64,000 nt of DNA from an uncultured Candidatus Binatia bacterium (GTDB taxonomy: Bacteria > Desulfobacterota > Binatia > Bin18), in assembly GCA_965214605.1 (NCBI GenBank), contig OZ243961.1, forward strand, positions 4,224,001 through 4,288,000, in the 5' to 3' direction. Below the pieces are notes generated by a model, which saw only the letters and a list, made by a program, of their open reading frames with translations, had not been told where the DNA came from and ran no database searches. The translations under genes were made by a program, and so were the position numbers. Positions 1 through 10,521 of this stretch are shown one piece after another (position 1 is the stretch's first letter; each line of letters begins with the position of its first letter).

Positions 1-2
1 AT

Positions 3-170
3 GAATTGCTCGCCCGCTATGTGGTGCCCCAGGCGCAGGGTCTGATGCGACCGCTACAAGCCTCGGCCGATCGGGTGCAGGCTAACAAGAAAGAGCTGAT
101 GGAACGCTCCAGCGGGGCGATTCTCAAGGCGATTCGGGAATACAATGCCGAGCACCCGCGCGCATCCTAG
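3..170 (+). CDS. C-terminal end of a probable LLM-class flavin-dependent monooxygenase (partial, runs off window)
   Basis: Manual translation ELLARYVVPQAQG...AIREYNAEHPRAS*, resembling the LLM C-terminal 'ELxARYVxP' helix; TAG at 168-170. Confidence 0.55.
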   Translation, partial: ELLARYVVPQAQGLMRPLQASADRVQANKKELMERSSGAILKAIREYNAEHPRAS

Positions 171-195
171 TTGAGCCCAGATATGAGCAGGGGCT

Positions 196-256
196 ATGGA
201 TAGGCTGACGGACGCGATTGCTGTTGTCACTGATGCCGAGCGCGGTTTGGGTACTC
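196..256 (+). pseudogene. 5' remnant of an SDR oxidoreductase
   Basis: MDRLTDAIAVVTDAERGLG is a degenerate VTGxxRGLG Rossmann start; a stop follows shortly. Confidence 0.4.
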
Positions 257-681
257 TCGGGGCCTGTAGGTAGTATTGGCGTTGCTGACGATTTCAGTTC
301 TCTTGGGATAAACCATCTAGACAGCCTTCACGTTCAATGAACGTTGGAGGGTCGCTGTTAACTCTCTCGAATGGGTCTGTTCTGTCCCTGGTCCGGAGAA
401 CAGTCATGGGATGGTTTGTGCCAAGATGCCTCTTTTGGGTTTATGCTGCTTGCACGTGAATATTCCCCTCAATACCTTCTGTGAGATCAGCTTCCCCGTG
501 CGCTCCATGTTCTCACGCTACCTTCGTTGTAGTGGAGGGCGAGAAAGCCCTCACCGTGCTCCCAGCCTCCACATAAAGACGCGCTAATCTCGCAGTCGGT
601 GACAATGGCCGCCTTTTTAACTTGTCTTTGTTGTGTGGCCTATGGCGTCTCCCTGCAAACCTCCTCAAGCCGCGTCGAAGA

Positions 682-2310
682 CTACACACAGCCAGGAAGG
701 AACGCACGGCCGAGGGCTTGGTCACGGCATTGGCTCGCCGCCAGGCGTTGGATGAGCGTCTCTAGGCCATCCTCGCTGACCTCAGCGGCCGAGGCTGATC
801 TGGCGCGAGAGGCCGTCCGTCCGGTCTGACGCGAGAGGTCGGCACTCGCTGTTGTCTGTGGGGGACGGCTGCCTACAAAACCAACGACTTGAATGCCGAA
901 TGTACAACCCGGCACAGCTCGGTAGAGCGGGCTTAAATCATGACACTGGTCTGCCGCCAGGCGGCTAATGAGCGTACTCAGGACACTCTCGGCCCTGTGC
1001 TCAGAAACCGTGGCATAGGTGTCTGGGATGCTGACATAGCGCACCGGAGCCGTCCTGCGGCCGGTCGTTAGAACAGTTGGAGAGGGGCCGAAGAGACGGG
1101 TCACTTGAACACCGAAGACTGTGCTGTCTAGTGAGTACCGACCGGGAGCGCGAGAATTTTCGTCGGGGGTCGCGTAGCGTGTCTCGGTATGGGATGCACC
1201 GCCACCAAGATCAACCTGCCAACCGCCCCGCTCGATAGCCAGACCGATGGGAAATAAATAGTCGGTCGTATCGCCCAGGGTTGGGACGAGGGCCGCGTCC
1301 TTGATCGCCCAGGGTTCGTACGAAAACCCGACCCGAAATTTGACTCCCTGCATAATTTCAAGCTGCACCCCCGCGCCGATTCGCCAACGGTCCTTGGCAT
1401 CCTCAACCGCACGGCTATCTAGAAACGAGCGCTTCTTGAAACGCAGGCGGCTGTGTTCAAACACCGAGTATTGGGTCCAGCTTCCCTGAGCGGTAATCGT
1501 CAGACGCTCGGTCAGATGGTAGGCAAAGCCCAGCTTCACATTCTGGGGGATGTTGAAACCCACTCTGCTATCATCGCCCCTGCCGTCGACGCGGGCGTTG
1601 CCAAACATCCAGATATGGCCCGGTGTCTTATAGGCGAGGCCCAGATTGAGCTTCTCGGTCGGTTGGTAGAGTAGGCCAAGCGTCCCAAAAACTCCTGGCC
1701 CGCGGGCGTCGATGTCCAAGCGGCCGACCGGGCTAGGGGTCTTGAATTTCAGGCGGCCATAGGTCGGGTTGAGAGACACCCCCAGGTGTAGATTCGGCCC
1801 CACCGAGTAGGCAATCGACGGGGCCAGAGAAATGGAAACTAGCTCGGTGAAGAAATTATTGGGCACGCCGTGGACCGGATCAGCCCGATGGTTAAACATG
1901 AAGCCCAGCGAGCCGTACATACCGATGCCGAATCGAAACGGCCCAAAGCTGTCCGACACATAGCCGAAGTTGGGCGCCAGCGGGAGTTCCCGGCTGGTGC
2001 TCTCATAACCCAAGGGGCTTTTATAGGTGGGATGAAAGCGTAGGGCCAATAAGCCGGTTGACAGGGAGGGGGGTAATACACTGAGCTGGGCTGGGTTGTT
2101 GAATACAGCCGTGCTAGCGTTCATCGGTAAGGCAACCACATTACCGCCTAAGCCTCCGTCGGTCGGTCCGTTGGCCGGGACACCGAGCTGACTAGCCTGA
2201 ACGGGGCGAGCGGTGAGTAGGAGGCTGATAAAACAAAAAATGATCAACCATACGCGAGAAAAATCGGCCACTTGGGAGCGTCGCTTCCAACAGCGCATCA
2301 TCACCTCCAC
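682..2310 (-). CDS. OmpP1/FadL/TodX-family outer-membrane transporter with a C-terminal extension
   Basis: Signal peptide (PVQA|S), NPA hatch motif (NNPAQL) and amphipathic beta strands ending VQVTRLF, followed by ~135 extra aa. Confidence 0.85.
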   Translation of the reverse strand: MEVMMRCWKRRSQVADFSRVWLIIFCFISLLLTARPVQASQLGVPANGPTDGGLGGNVVALPMNASTAVFNNPAQLSVLPPSLSTGLLALRFHPTYKSPLGYESTSRELPLAPNFGYVSDSFGPFRFGIGMYGSLGFMFNHRADPVHGVPNNFFTELVSISLAPSIAYSVGPNLHLGVSLNPTYGRLKFKTPSPVGRLDIDARGPGVFGTLGLLYQPTEKLNLGLAYKTPGHIWMFGNARVDGRGDDSRVGFNIPQNVKLGFAYHLTERLTITAQGSWTQYSVFEHSRLRFKKRSFLDSRAVEDAKDRWRIGAGVQLEIMQGVKFRVGFSYEPWAIKDAALVPTLGDTTDYLFPIGLAIERGGWQVDLGGGASHTETRYATPDENSRAPGRYSLDSTVFGVQVTRLFGPSPTVLTTGRRTAPVRYVSIPDTYATVSEHRAESVLSTLISRLAADQCHDLSPLYRAVPGCTFGIQVVGFVGSRPPQTTASADLSRQTGRTASRARSASAAEVSEDGLETLIQRLAASQCRDQALGRAFLPGCV

Positions 2311-2479
2311 GCCTGAGGGGCAGCTTACCCTACGCTAGACAGACCGCTAATTCAATACAGTTTGGGCCAACTAAAGATATTGTTGATCTCTCCCTAGTAC
2401 GGCAATCGGTCGTCACCGATGTCTTTACTAGACCTTTGCCCCAATTCCTGTCATGACAGAGGGCGAGGAGGGCAGAGCC

Positions 2480-3253
2480 ATGCTGCAAGTCTTTTCCATG
2501 CCATGCGGGTTTCTCGAACTCGATAGCAAGCTGTTTTTTCCCGATCAGGAGACGGGCTCACCACTCGTGGTGCCGGTGCCGTGTTATCTGATTACCCATC
2601 CCCAGGGCAACGTCCTGTTCGACACCGGCGTCCACTGCACGGTGATGGACGATCCGGTTGGTCGGCTCGGACCAGAGGTGTCCAATTTGATCGTCTCGCG
2701 GAGCAAACCGGGCGAGGAGATTGTTGCCCAGCTGTCTAAATTCAAGCTCGCTCCAGACCATATCAGTTACGTTATCAACTCCCACTTTCACTTTGACCAC
2801 GCCGGTGGCAACGAGTTTTTTCCGAAATCGACTTTCTTGGTCCAAAAGAAAGAGCTCGACGCCACCAAGGACCCCGAGCTGCGGGCCAAAGCGCTGCTAG
2901 ATCCCAAGGACTATGACCATCCACTCAACTACCAGGCCGTTGATGGTGCACACGATATTTTTGGCGATGGCAGCCTGGTGATCATTCCTACCCACGGCCA
3001 TACCCCTGGCCATCAGTCGCTGCGGGTCAAGGTCAGTAAGGGCACGGAAGTCGTACTGACCGGAGATGCCTGCTATACCCGGGGCAATATGGATCAAGAC
3101 CTCCTGCCGTCGGTTGCGGTGGATGAGTCAGAGATGTATCAGTCTTTAGGCCGGCTGCGTGCGCTGCGAGACAAAGAGGGGGCAACCATTATCTATGGCC
3201 ACGACCCTGATCAGTGGAAGGAGATTCCGCACGCGCCTGAGCCCTTAGCCTAA
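2480..3253 (+). CDS. N-acyl-homoserine lactonase-like metallo-beta-lactamase-fold hydrolase
   Basis: HFHFDH (HxHxDH), GHTPGH, GDACY and C-terminal GHD; GAGGAGG RBS before ATG 2480. Confidence 0.85.
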   Translation: MLQVFSMPCGFLELDSKLFFPDQETGSPLVVPVPCYLITHPQGNVLFDTGVHCTVMDDPVGRLGPEVSNLIVSRSKPGEEIVAQLSKFKLAPDHISYVINSHFHFDHAGGNEFFPKSTFLVQKKELDATKDPELRAKALLDPKDYDHPLNYQAVDGAHDIFGDGSLVIIPTHGHTPGHQSLRVKVSKGTEVVLTGDACYTRGNMDQDLLPSVAVDESEMYQSLGRLRALRDKEGATIIYGHDPDQWKEIPHAPEPLA

Positions 3254-3280
3254 AAGAGACCGCAGGACGACCATCCGACC

Positions 3281-4039
3281 TCAGCGAGTCTGGCCCCAGG
3301 TATTCCAATACGTTAGCTCGCGGCCTGGGCGGCGTGGCGCTGGCTTGAAATCCGTGCCGGTATAGTAGGCGATTGGCAGCAGAACGGCCTGGGTCACCGA
3401 ATCGGGGATACCAAGCCGCTGCGCGACTTCTTTTTCGTGCAGAAGGTGCAGGGTGGTCCAAGCCGATCCCAATCCCCGGGCGCGTAGGGCCAGCATCAAC
3501 GACCAGGCCGAGGGCAGGATTGAGCCGTACAGTCCGGCCTGGGCGGCGGGACTGGGATCTGTGACACGGCCTTCAATGCAGGCGATAAGCAAAACCGGGA
3601 CCTCGTGCATATGGTCCGACAGGTGCCAGGCCGATACTGCAATACGTTGGCCGGGGGTGGACGGCACTTGGCTGGGACGCTCCCCGGCATAGCGCTCAAA
3701 ACTGCGGCGATACAGGTCGGCAACGGCTTTTTTCTTGTCCGGATCGGTGATCACCATAAAACGCCAGCTCTGCTGATTGCCACCGGTCGGGGCTTGCAGG
3801 GCAATTTCAATGGCCTCCTCAATCACCTGGGGCTCAACCGGCCGGCTGAAGTCGAGCCGGCGGCGAACACTCCGGGTGGTCGTCAGGACATGATCGACCG
3901 CGCTCAGGTCTAACGAGGGAGACTCCTGACTGTGGACGGGAAGCGGGGCAAGGCCGAAAGCGATCAGCCCCAGGGTAACGGCAAATCCGATCGCCCGTCG
4001 GGCGTAACCTTTTGGTGCGCAGTCTTGTCCCAAATTCAT
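3281..4039 (-). CDS. Nitroreductase family protein with N-terminal signal peptide
   Basis: TRSVRR, APTGGNQQSWRF and ARGLGSAW motifs; hydrophobic leader; AAGGAG RBS. Confidence 0.85.
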   Translation of the reverse strand: MNLGQDCAPKGYARRAIGFAVTLGLIAFGLAPLPVHSQESPSLDLSAVDHVLTTTRSVRRRLDFSRPVEPQVIEEAIEIALQAPTGGNQQSWRFMVITDPDKKKAVADLYRRSFERYAGERPSQVPSTPGQRIAVSAWHLSDHMHEVPVLLIACIEGRVTDPSPAAQAGLYGSILPSAWSLMLALRARGLGSAWTTLHLLHEKEVAQRLGIPDSVTQAVLLPIAYYTGTDFKPAPRRPGRELTYWNTWGQTR

Positions 4040-4196
4040 TCTCTGTCTCCTTAATTATTGGGCTGGGAAGGGGCATCTTAGCAGGGTGGGCGGCGAAAGA
4101 AAGAAGGCGGGGGCTCGTGTATTGAGTTGACAAGGGCGCGTCTGAATAATAGGTGAGGGACAAGGCACAGTTTGATAGCACAAAGGAGGTCCAGCT

Positions 4197-5081
4197 ATGG
4201 CCAGCGAACAATTGCAACAGGTCCTGAGCATGTTCAAAGAGATGGGCGAGAAGATGGGTACGGCAAAAGATCTGAATGAAATGCGGGGGATTATGATTGA
4301 GACACCGGTCCTCAGCGGCGTGTCGTGTACTGCGGTTGACGCCGGCGGAGTACCGGCCGAATGGCACGTTGCTGACGGTGTAGACGAGAACAAAGTTATT
4401 CTTTACGTCCACGGTGGTGGCTACGTCATGGGCTCGGCCGGCACCCACCGTGATATGACCTCTCGTCTGTCAAAGGCGGCTGGGGCGCGGGTGCTGTCAC
4501 TCAACTATCGTTTAGCTCCTGAACATCCATTTCCGGCCCCGGTCGATGATGCCGTGGCAGCCTATGGCTGGTTGCTCGGCCAAGGCATCAGCCCTTCAAA
4601 CATTGCGATTGCCGGAGATTCGGCCGGTGGCGGGCTTGCTCTGGCCACGCTGATAGCCATTCGCGACGCTGGTCAGCCTCTGCCCGCGGCAGGCGTTGGG
4701 ATTTCTCCATGGGTCGACATGGAGGGTGCCGGCGAGTCGATGACGACCCGGGCGGCGGCGGATCCGGTCGTCCAGAAAGAGGGACTGCTCGGCATGGCCA
4801 AGCTGTATCTGGGCGCCGCCGATCCCAAGAACCCGTTGGCCGCACCACTGCACGCCAATCTGGCCGGCCTGCCGCCGCTCCTCCTTCAGGTCGGTGATGC
4901 TGAGACCCTGCTGGACGATTCCACCCGGCTCGCCGAACGGGCGCGCAAGTCCGATGTGGATGTGACCCTCAAGGTGTGGGACGAAATGCCCCACGTGTGG
5001 CACATGTTTGCCGCGATTCTGCCCGAAGCGCAGCAGGCGATTGAAGAGGTAGGCACCTTCTTTAAGGCCCACACCGCCTAG
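4197..5081 (+). CDS. HSL-family alpha/beta hydrolase (esterase/lactone hydrolase)
   Basis: HGGG, GDSAGG and HVWH motifs. Confidence 0.92.
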   Translation: MASEQLQQVLSMFKEMGEKMGTAKDLNEMRGIMIETPVLSGVSCTAVDAGGVPAEWHVADGVDENKVILYVHGGGYVMGSAGTHRDMTSRLSKAAGARVLSLNYRLAPEHPFPAPVDDAVAAYGWLLGQGISPSNIAIAGDSAGGGLALATLIAIRDAGQPLPAAGVGISPWVDMEGAGESMTTRAAADPVVQKEGLLGMAKLYLGAADPKNPLAAPLHANLAGLPPLLLQVGDAETLLDDSTRLAERARKSDVDVTLKVWDEMPHVWHMFAAILPEAQQAIEEVGTFFKAHTA

Positions 5082-5092
5082 CAGTTTCACTC

Positions 5093-6283
5093 TCAGGACA
5101 GGGCAGCCCGCCGGGCGGCCCTGTTACTTGCCCGCCGCCCCTTTATCTTGTACAGTTCAGCCACGTTGCTGCCCAGCAGTTTGGTTCTGGCCTCGGGCCT
5201 GAGCAGGCCGACCATATCCCGCAAGTCGTCCATCGCACCAGGTTTTGCCTCGGAGTGCGGATAGTCGCTGGCCCAAAAAAAGCGGTCAGCGCCGACCAAG
5301 TCGATAATGGCCGGGACCGTTTTTTCGTCGGGGTCGCACGAAATCCAGCACTGAGCTTTGAACAGGTGGCTCGGCGGACAGGTCATCTTTTTGGTGAACC
5401 GACCGATCGACTCGTACTTGGCGTCCATACGTTCGAGCCAGGCGCTGATCCACCCCCCGCTCGATTCCAGAACGATCAGTTTCAGACGGGGAAATTTTTC
5501 AAACGTGCCGTACTGGAAGAGCGTGGTAAAAGCGGCCTGAACGGCAACCGATGACATGACCGTAAAATACCAGCTCTGGCCACGCATTCTATCGAAATGC
5601 GCCGCAGCCATGGGCGGGTTGGGCTCAATCGTGGGGTGAATGCCTATCGGCACCCCCAAGTCAGCCGCCTTGGCCCAAAACGGATCATGATCGGGATGAC
5701 CGTGAGGGATACGGCTGATCGTATGCGGAGCCACAAAGGCGCCCCGCACGCCGTCTTTGACGCTCCGTTCCAGTTCGCGCACGGCCCGCTCGACATCACC
5801 GAGCGAGATATGGGCGATCGGGATCAGGCGGTCTTTGGAGGCGGCACAAAAATCGACGATCCAACGGTTGTAGGCTCGACAGTAGGCGTCAGACAGGGCG
5901 ACGTCGAAGACCTCGGGTTCCCACAACAAGGCTAGAGAGGGGTAGAGCACCGAGGCGTCTACGCCCTGCTGATCCATGTAGTCCAGGCGTTCCTTGGGGT
6001 CCATGGCTCCCAGCGGGGCTGCACCGGTATAGGTCCGATCCGGTTGTGGCATGAGTTCTTGCGGACTTTTGCCGTAGCCGCCGAGGGTAAACAGCATCCC
6101 TCCAGAGTTGCGTTTAGACATCTTGCCGTCGATCTCCAGATACTCAAGACCGTGCTCGTCGGTTTTGATACAGATCGGGCGATTACGGAACGCCGGGTCG
6201 ATATAGTGCTGCCACAGGTCGGGCGGCTCAAGGATATGGGCGTCCGCGTCAATGACTAGCAAAGCTTCGGTGTGGCGCGTCAT
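5093..6283 (-). CDS. Amidohydrolase family 2 protein
   Basis: DADAH N-terminal motif, AYNRW, IHP, WASDYPH. Confidence 0.9.
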   Translation of the reverse strand: MTRHTEALLVIDADAHILEPPDLWQHYIDPAFRNRPICIKTDEHGLEYLEIDGKMSKRNSGGMLFTLGGYGKSPQELMPQPDRTYTGAAPLGAMDPKERLDYMDQQGVDASVLYPSLALLWEPEVFDVALSDAYCRAYNRWIVDFCAASKDRLIPIAHISLGDVERAVRELERSVKDGVRGAFVAPHTISRIPHGHPDHDPFWAKAADLGVPIGIHPTIEPNPPMAAAHFDRMRGQSWYFTVMSSVAVQAAFTTLFQYGTFEKFPRLKLIVLESSGGWISAWLERMDAKYESIGRFTKKMTCPPSHLFKAQCWISCDPDEKTVPAIIDLVGADRFFWASDYPHSEAKPGAMDDLRDMVGLLRPEARTKLLGSNVAELYKIKGRRASNRAARRAALS

Positions 6284-7165
6284 ATGGCCTGTCCTTTCCT
6301 AACGATTCTTGATTAACCGTCTTTTTCGGACCCTTTTCATTTTTCTGAAGCCAGCACAACGACTTTGTCGGGAACACTAAGGTTAACCTCCACATGGGAC
6401 GGCGCCCTGAAACACAAGATAATAGCCCTGAGCTTTGAGAAGAATGTGGTATGCGACGTCCCCTAGCGAGACGTCCACCACTCGCTAGGCGGGCCGGAGC
6501 AGACCGTCCGAGAGCCGGCGGACAATGGGAGGCTAACAAAACGGTCTCAGGGGCCTCGCACTAAGCGCCGGAGCCGACGGGCAAGCCCTCGGAAATCGGA
6601 ATGGGGGACACGTATATTCTTCCCTACATAAGCCCTTTATGGATCGTAATGGGTTGGAGCCTCGTGAGACTCTGAAGATGACGTTCAACTTTTTCCCTAA
6701 TACGTGACTTCAAGACACTACCGCTACAGCGTAGCACCCTCGGTTCCCAATGCCAATCCAAAACGCAAGCGGGATTCCAGCAATGTGAGTCACAGAAAAC
6801 GTAAGCGGTGGGGGAGAGCGCGCACCTCTATTACTCGTAAATTCCATAACGACCGGACTTCCCAGGCTGATCTCTGAAGCTCTTGATAGGATTTGAGAGC
6901 GGTTTTCTGGATTGCTGTTGGTATGTGGTCACCGGGCACAAGCCGGTTGGATACGCGGTCGGCTTCGCCGGTAGCGACGGGGCCGACATGCCTGGGTTCT
7001 GTAAATGTTTTGTCTCTCTTCGAGGGAGCCGGTCTTTGCGGACGCGTCCGGGCTTGGTTTTTGTATTGTTGTGAGTGATGAAGAGGGACGCGTTCGAAGC
7101 AGGTGTAGTTGTCTCCTTGTTCAACAATGATGAGCGGAGATTGGTGCTCGACTTCGTGCTGAACG

Positions 7166-7330
7166 TCATGTGACGAAGTTGGCGCGTGGCTTGCAGAAGC
7201 CTCTTCTGGTGACTTCCTCTTCTTCGGCAATCTGTTCTAGACCGAAGCCGTATTCGTGGACCAGGACGAGAAGGGACGTCCCCTTCTGGCGCTTTGACAA
7301 GGCATTTTTGGTGGACAACTCCTCCATTTC
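7166..7330 (-). pseudogene. Possible sigma-70 region-4/HTH remnant
   Basis: ALSKRQKGTSLLVLVHEYGFGLEQIAEEEEVTR resembles the LSxRQRxVxxLxxxxGLSxEEIAE pattern; no full gene around it. Confidence 0.3.
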
Positions 7331-7606
7331 CTGCCGCCCTCGCGTTTTAACGTTGTGTCCCCACACGTATTCAGACCGCGGAGGATGGTTGACTGGGGGG
7401 AGCTTTCCTTCGTTTTTTTGTTTCTTCTAGCGAGCCGCCAGTCTTTGCTTCATGGATTCAGTTTGATCTTCAGACTAATAGTGGATTAAGAATGAAACGA
7501 AGGCACATCTCCTTGGGAGCAGGCTTGCTAAACGGGATGTCACACTCGGCACATTGACAAGGCAGGGCTTATATGGGCTTGTAGATTCGCAGGGGAGGAA
7601 AGACTG

Positions 7607-8704
7607 ATGCAGGCGTCATTCTTTTGCACAAATAGCTATCTTTCGCCGGAGGCGTTCAAACACCAGGGCTGGCCGACTCCATCGGCTCTGTTTCGCTCTG
7701 AGGTTGGCCAGCAGTCACTTGGGTTGGCCCTGACTCAGGCTAAACTCGCCGACGAATTGGGTTTTGATTGGGTCAGCTGTTCGGAACACCATTACACGCC
7801 GTTGCTCCAAACGCCGAACGCGGCGGTGTTTGCCGCAGCTTTGAGCCAGGTTGTCCGCCGGGCAAAGATCGCTGTGCTAGGACCGTTGGTGTCGATGACT
7901 AACCCGGTCCGAATTGCCGAAGAGATTGCCATGCTCGACCAGCTCAGCGGGGGACGGTTGGTGGTGTTGTTTCTACGCGGCACGCCGAACGAGTTTCTGG
8001 CCTACGGGGTCAACCCGGACGAGACCCGGGCCCGCACCCAAGAGGCTAGCCTACTGATTACCCGTGCGTTGACCGAGCCGCAGCCGTTCGGTTGGGAGGG
8101 GCGGTACTACCGTTTCCGCACTGTATCGGTGTGGCCGGGGTTGGTCCAACAGCCCCATCCGCCCCTGTATTATTCGGGCAATAGTCTGGAATCGGCTTCG
8201 TTTGCGGCCGCCCACCGCCTAGGGCTTGGCGTGTCATTTTATCCTGCTCATATCACGGCTCAGATGACCGACCACTACAAGCAGGAATGTGCCAAGCAGG
8301 GCTGGGAGCCGACTTCTGAGCAGCTGTTATACCGCTCTTTTGGCGCAGTAGCTGAAGACGATAGCCAAGCTGCTGAGCTTGAGTCCCGGTTCTTTAGGGG
8401 GGATGGGGCTGCTAACTTATTTCGGGGACGCGGGGCGGCCGTTCCACCCCCAACCCAAACTCAGCCTGGTTTTGGGCTGGGGGAGCTGCGCTTCTGCGGG
8501 AGCCCGGACACCGTTGTGAGGCAGATTACGGACTTCCATGAAACCACCGGAGTCGGAGTGCTGGATATCGGCTTCGGCGGGGCTGGGATCACCCTAGAAG
8601 AGGCTGAGCGGTCGATGCGGCTGTTTGCAACCGAAGTCCTCCCCCGCATACGTTCACTAAGCGTCAAGGTGAGCCAGCCGCCCGCGGCTGCAGTCGGGGC
8701 GTAG
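7607..8704 (+). CDS. LLM-class flavin-dependent oxidoreductase
   Basis: SEHHY, NPVRIAEEIAMLDQLSGGR, GSPDTV, LFATEVLP. Confidence 0.92.
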   Translation: MQASFFCTNSYLSPEAFKHQGWPTPSALFRSEVGQQSLGLALTQAKLADELGFDWVSCSEHHYTPLLQTPNAAVFAAALSQVVRRAKIAVLGPLVSMTNPVRIAEEIAMLDQLSGGRLVVLFLRGTPNEFLAYGVNPDETRARTQEASLLITRALTEPQPFGWEGRYYRFRTVSVWPGLVQQPHPPLYYSGNSLESASFAAAHRLGLGVSFYPAHITAQMTDHYKQECAKQGWEPTSEQLLYRSFGAVAEDDSQAAELESRFFRGDGAANLFRGRGAAVPPPTQTQPGFGLGELRFCGSPDTVVRQITDFHETTGVGVLDIGFGGAGITLEEAERSMRLFATEVLPRIRSLSVKVSQPPAAAVGA

Positions 8705-8731
8705 ACCACTACCGGTAAGCGGGGAGACGCT

Positions 8732-9358
8732 ATGAGCGAACCGAGTGTGAAACGCTCCATACAGGTAGACGGGACGCCGCTGCGTTATCTGGAAGCCGGG
8801 CAGGGCAGTCCTGTGGTCATACTAGCTCCGGTCGGGGAGCTTCAGCTGTCGCCCTTCGTCATCCTGCTCGCCCGGCGGTTCCGGGTCGTTGTCTTGGAGG
8901 TCTCCGAGTTACCAAGCCCGGAGCAGGTCAACATCGCCCGCAGGCTAAACCAAGCGGTCGCCGCGCTCGGTTTGGAGGACGCTGTGGTAATCGGCTGGAG
9001 CGACAGTGCCGCTATCGCCCTGTGGCAGGCTATTGACGCCCCGGACCATATTGGCGGGCTTGTCCTAATTTCACCAACCGTGTTGTTCCCCGAGGCCAAG
9101 TCGGCATTAATCGAGAGATTAGGGGAAGTGCAGGCGGCGACATTTGTGTTGTTTGGCACGAACGATGCAGCCATCCCGCCGGAAACAGGACGGCTCTATG
9201 TCGAGCGGCTACCCGACTGTTATTATGCTCTCACCTATGACGCGGGGCACGATATTGCGGGCGAACGACCTGAGGCGCTGTCCGAAGCGGTAAGCGACTT
9301 TGTCGAGCGGCGTGGCACGTTTATTGTCGAGCGGAAGAATACGACGCTCAATCCATAA
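8732..9358 (+). CDS. Compact alpha/beta-hydrolase-fold protein
   Basis: YLEAGQGSP start, GWSDS elbow, GTND and AGH; cap region appears shortened. Confidence 0.7.
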   Translation: MSEPSVKRSIQVDGTPLRYLEAGQGSPVVILAPVGELQLSPFVILLARRFRVVVLEVSELPSPEQVNIARRLNQAVAALGLEDAVVIGWSDSAAIALWQAIDAPDHIGGLVLISPTVLFPEAKSALIERLGEVQAATFVLFGTNDAAIPPETGRLYVERLPDCYYALTYDAGHDIAGERPEALSEAVSDFVERRGTFIVERKNTTLNP

Positions 9359-9379
9359 ATGCCGCACAAGGCAGCCCTC

Positions 9380-10411
9380 CTACAGACATAGTTCTGCCAA
9401 TAGCCGCAGCGCTTCGATCTGATTGGTGCCGATGAGCATGGTGGTAACGGGTGAGGCTTTCCAGCGGGTCAGCTGCTCGGCAATGCGTTCTTTGGGGCCG
9501 ACGAGGGCCACAGCGTCGACCAACTCGTCGGGTACGGCTGCCTGCGCTTCGGCTTTGCGACCGGACAGATACAGGTCTTGGAGCCGTGTGGCCAGTCCCT
9601 CATAGCCGAAGTTGCGGACATAGCTGTTGTAGAAATTCTTGTTCCGTGCACCCATGCCTCCAATATAGAGCGCCAGACTAGCCTTGACCGGGGCGCGACA
9701 CTCGTCGAGATTGGTGCCCAGCACGCAGGTCACGTAGGGGGCCAGATCGAAATCCTGCCTCTTTTTGCCGTTCCCAGCCTTGGCAAAGCCGGCTTCAAGG
9801 TGGGGTGTGTAATAGTCCGCGCACCAGTCCGGACTCATCCATACCGGAAGCAACCCGTCGGCAATCTCGGCCGCCAGGGCGATACCCTTGGGACCGATCG
9901 AGGCAGTATAGACCTTCATGTCGGGACGGCCGTGGAGGATACTCTTGAGCGGTTTGCCCAATCCGCTGGCGGCCGGGCCTGCATACGGAATCTGATATTC
10001 TTGGCCGTCGTAGTGCAGCTTCTGCTCGCGGACAAGAATCTGGCGGATGATGTCGATGTACTCGCGGTAGCGCTGCAGCGGCTTGCCGTAGGGCACGCCA
10101 TGCCAGCCTTCGATGACCTGCGGATTTGACGGGCCTAGTCCGATCAAAAAACGACCGTTGGTCAGCCCATCAAGCGTCATAGCGGTCATGGCGGTCATGG
10201 CCGGCGTCCGGGCCTGCATCTGAAAAATTCCCGCGCCAAGCTTAATGGTGGACGTTCGCGCCCCGACAAAAGCGAGAAATGAGACCACGTCAGAACCCCA
10301 CGCCTCGCCAGTCCAAACCGAGTCAAAACCCAGCCGTTCGGCTTCGAGGATCGTTTCCATGGTTTCGTTCATCTTTGGGCCTGAGTAGCCGCTGACTAAT
10401 CCGAGTCGCAT
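9380..10411 (-). CDS. LLM-class F420-dependent oxidoreductase
   Basis: [30 protein letters not shown]. Confidence 0.9.
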   Translation of the reverse strand: MRLGLVSGYSGPKMNETMETILEAERLGFDSVWTGEAWGSDVVSFLAFVGARTSTIKLGAGIFQMQARTPAMTAMTAMTLDGLTNGRFLIGLGPSNPQVIEGWHGVPYGKPLQRYREYIDIIRQILVREQKLHYDGQEYQIPYAGPAASGLGKPLKSILHGRPDMKVYTASIGPKGIALAAEIADGLLPVWMSPDWCADYYTPHLEAGFAKAGNGKKRQDFDLAPYVTCVLGTNLDECRAPVKASLALYIGGMGARNKNFYNSYVRNFGYEGLATRLQDLYLSGRKAEAQAAVPDELVDAVALVGPKERIAEQLTRWKASPVTTMLIGTNQIEALRLLAELCL

Positions 10412-10521
10412 ACTATTGCCTCCTCTATGTGTGAGCTATATGTCTGTACATGTCCATCTTGAATGTCCTTGTAGACCACAAAAGCGACGAACTCAAATCT
10501 TTGTGAGGGCAAGGAGAACCC

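Noticed and set aside
6576-6615. c-di-GMP-I riboswitch-like GGGCAAG..GAAA..GGGAC
   Set aside because: The GAAA stem pairs poorly and the second stem is absent
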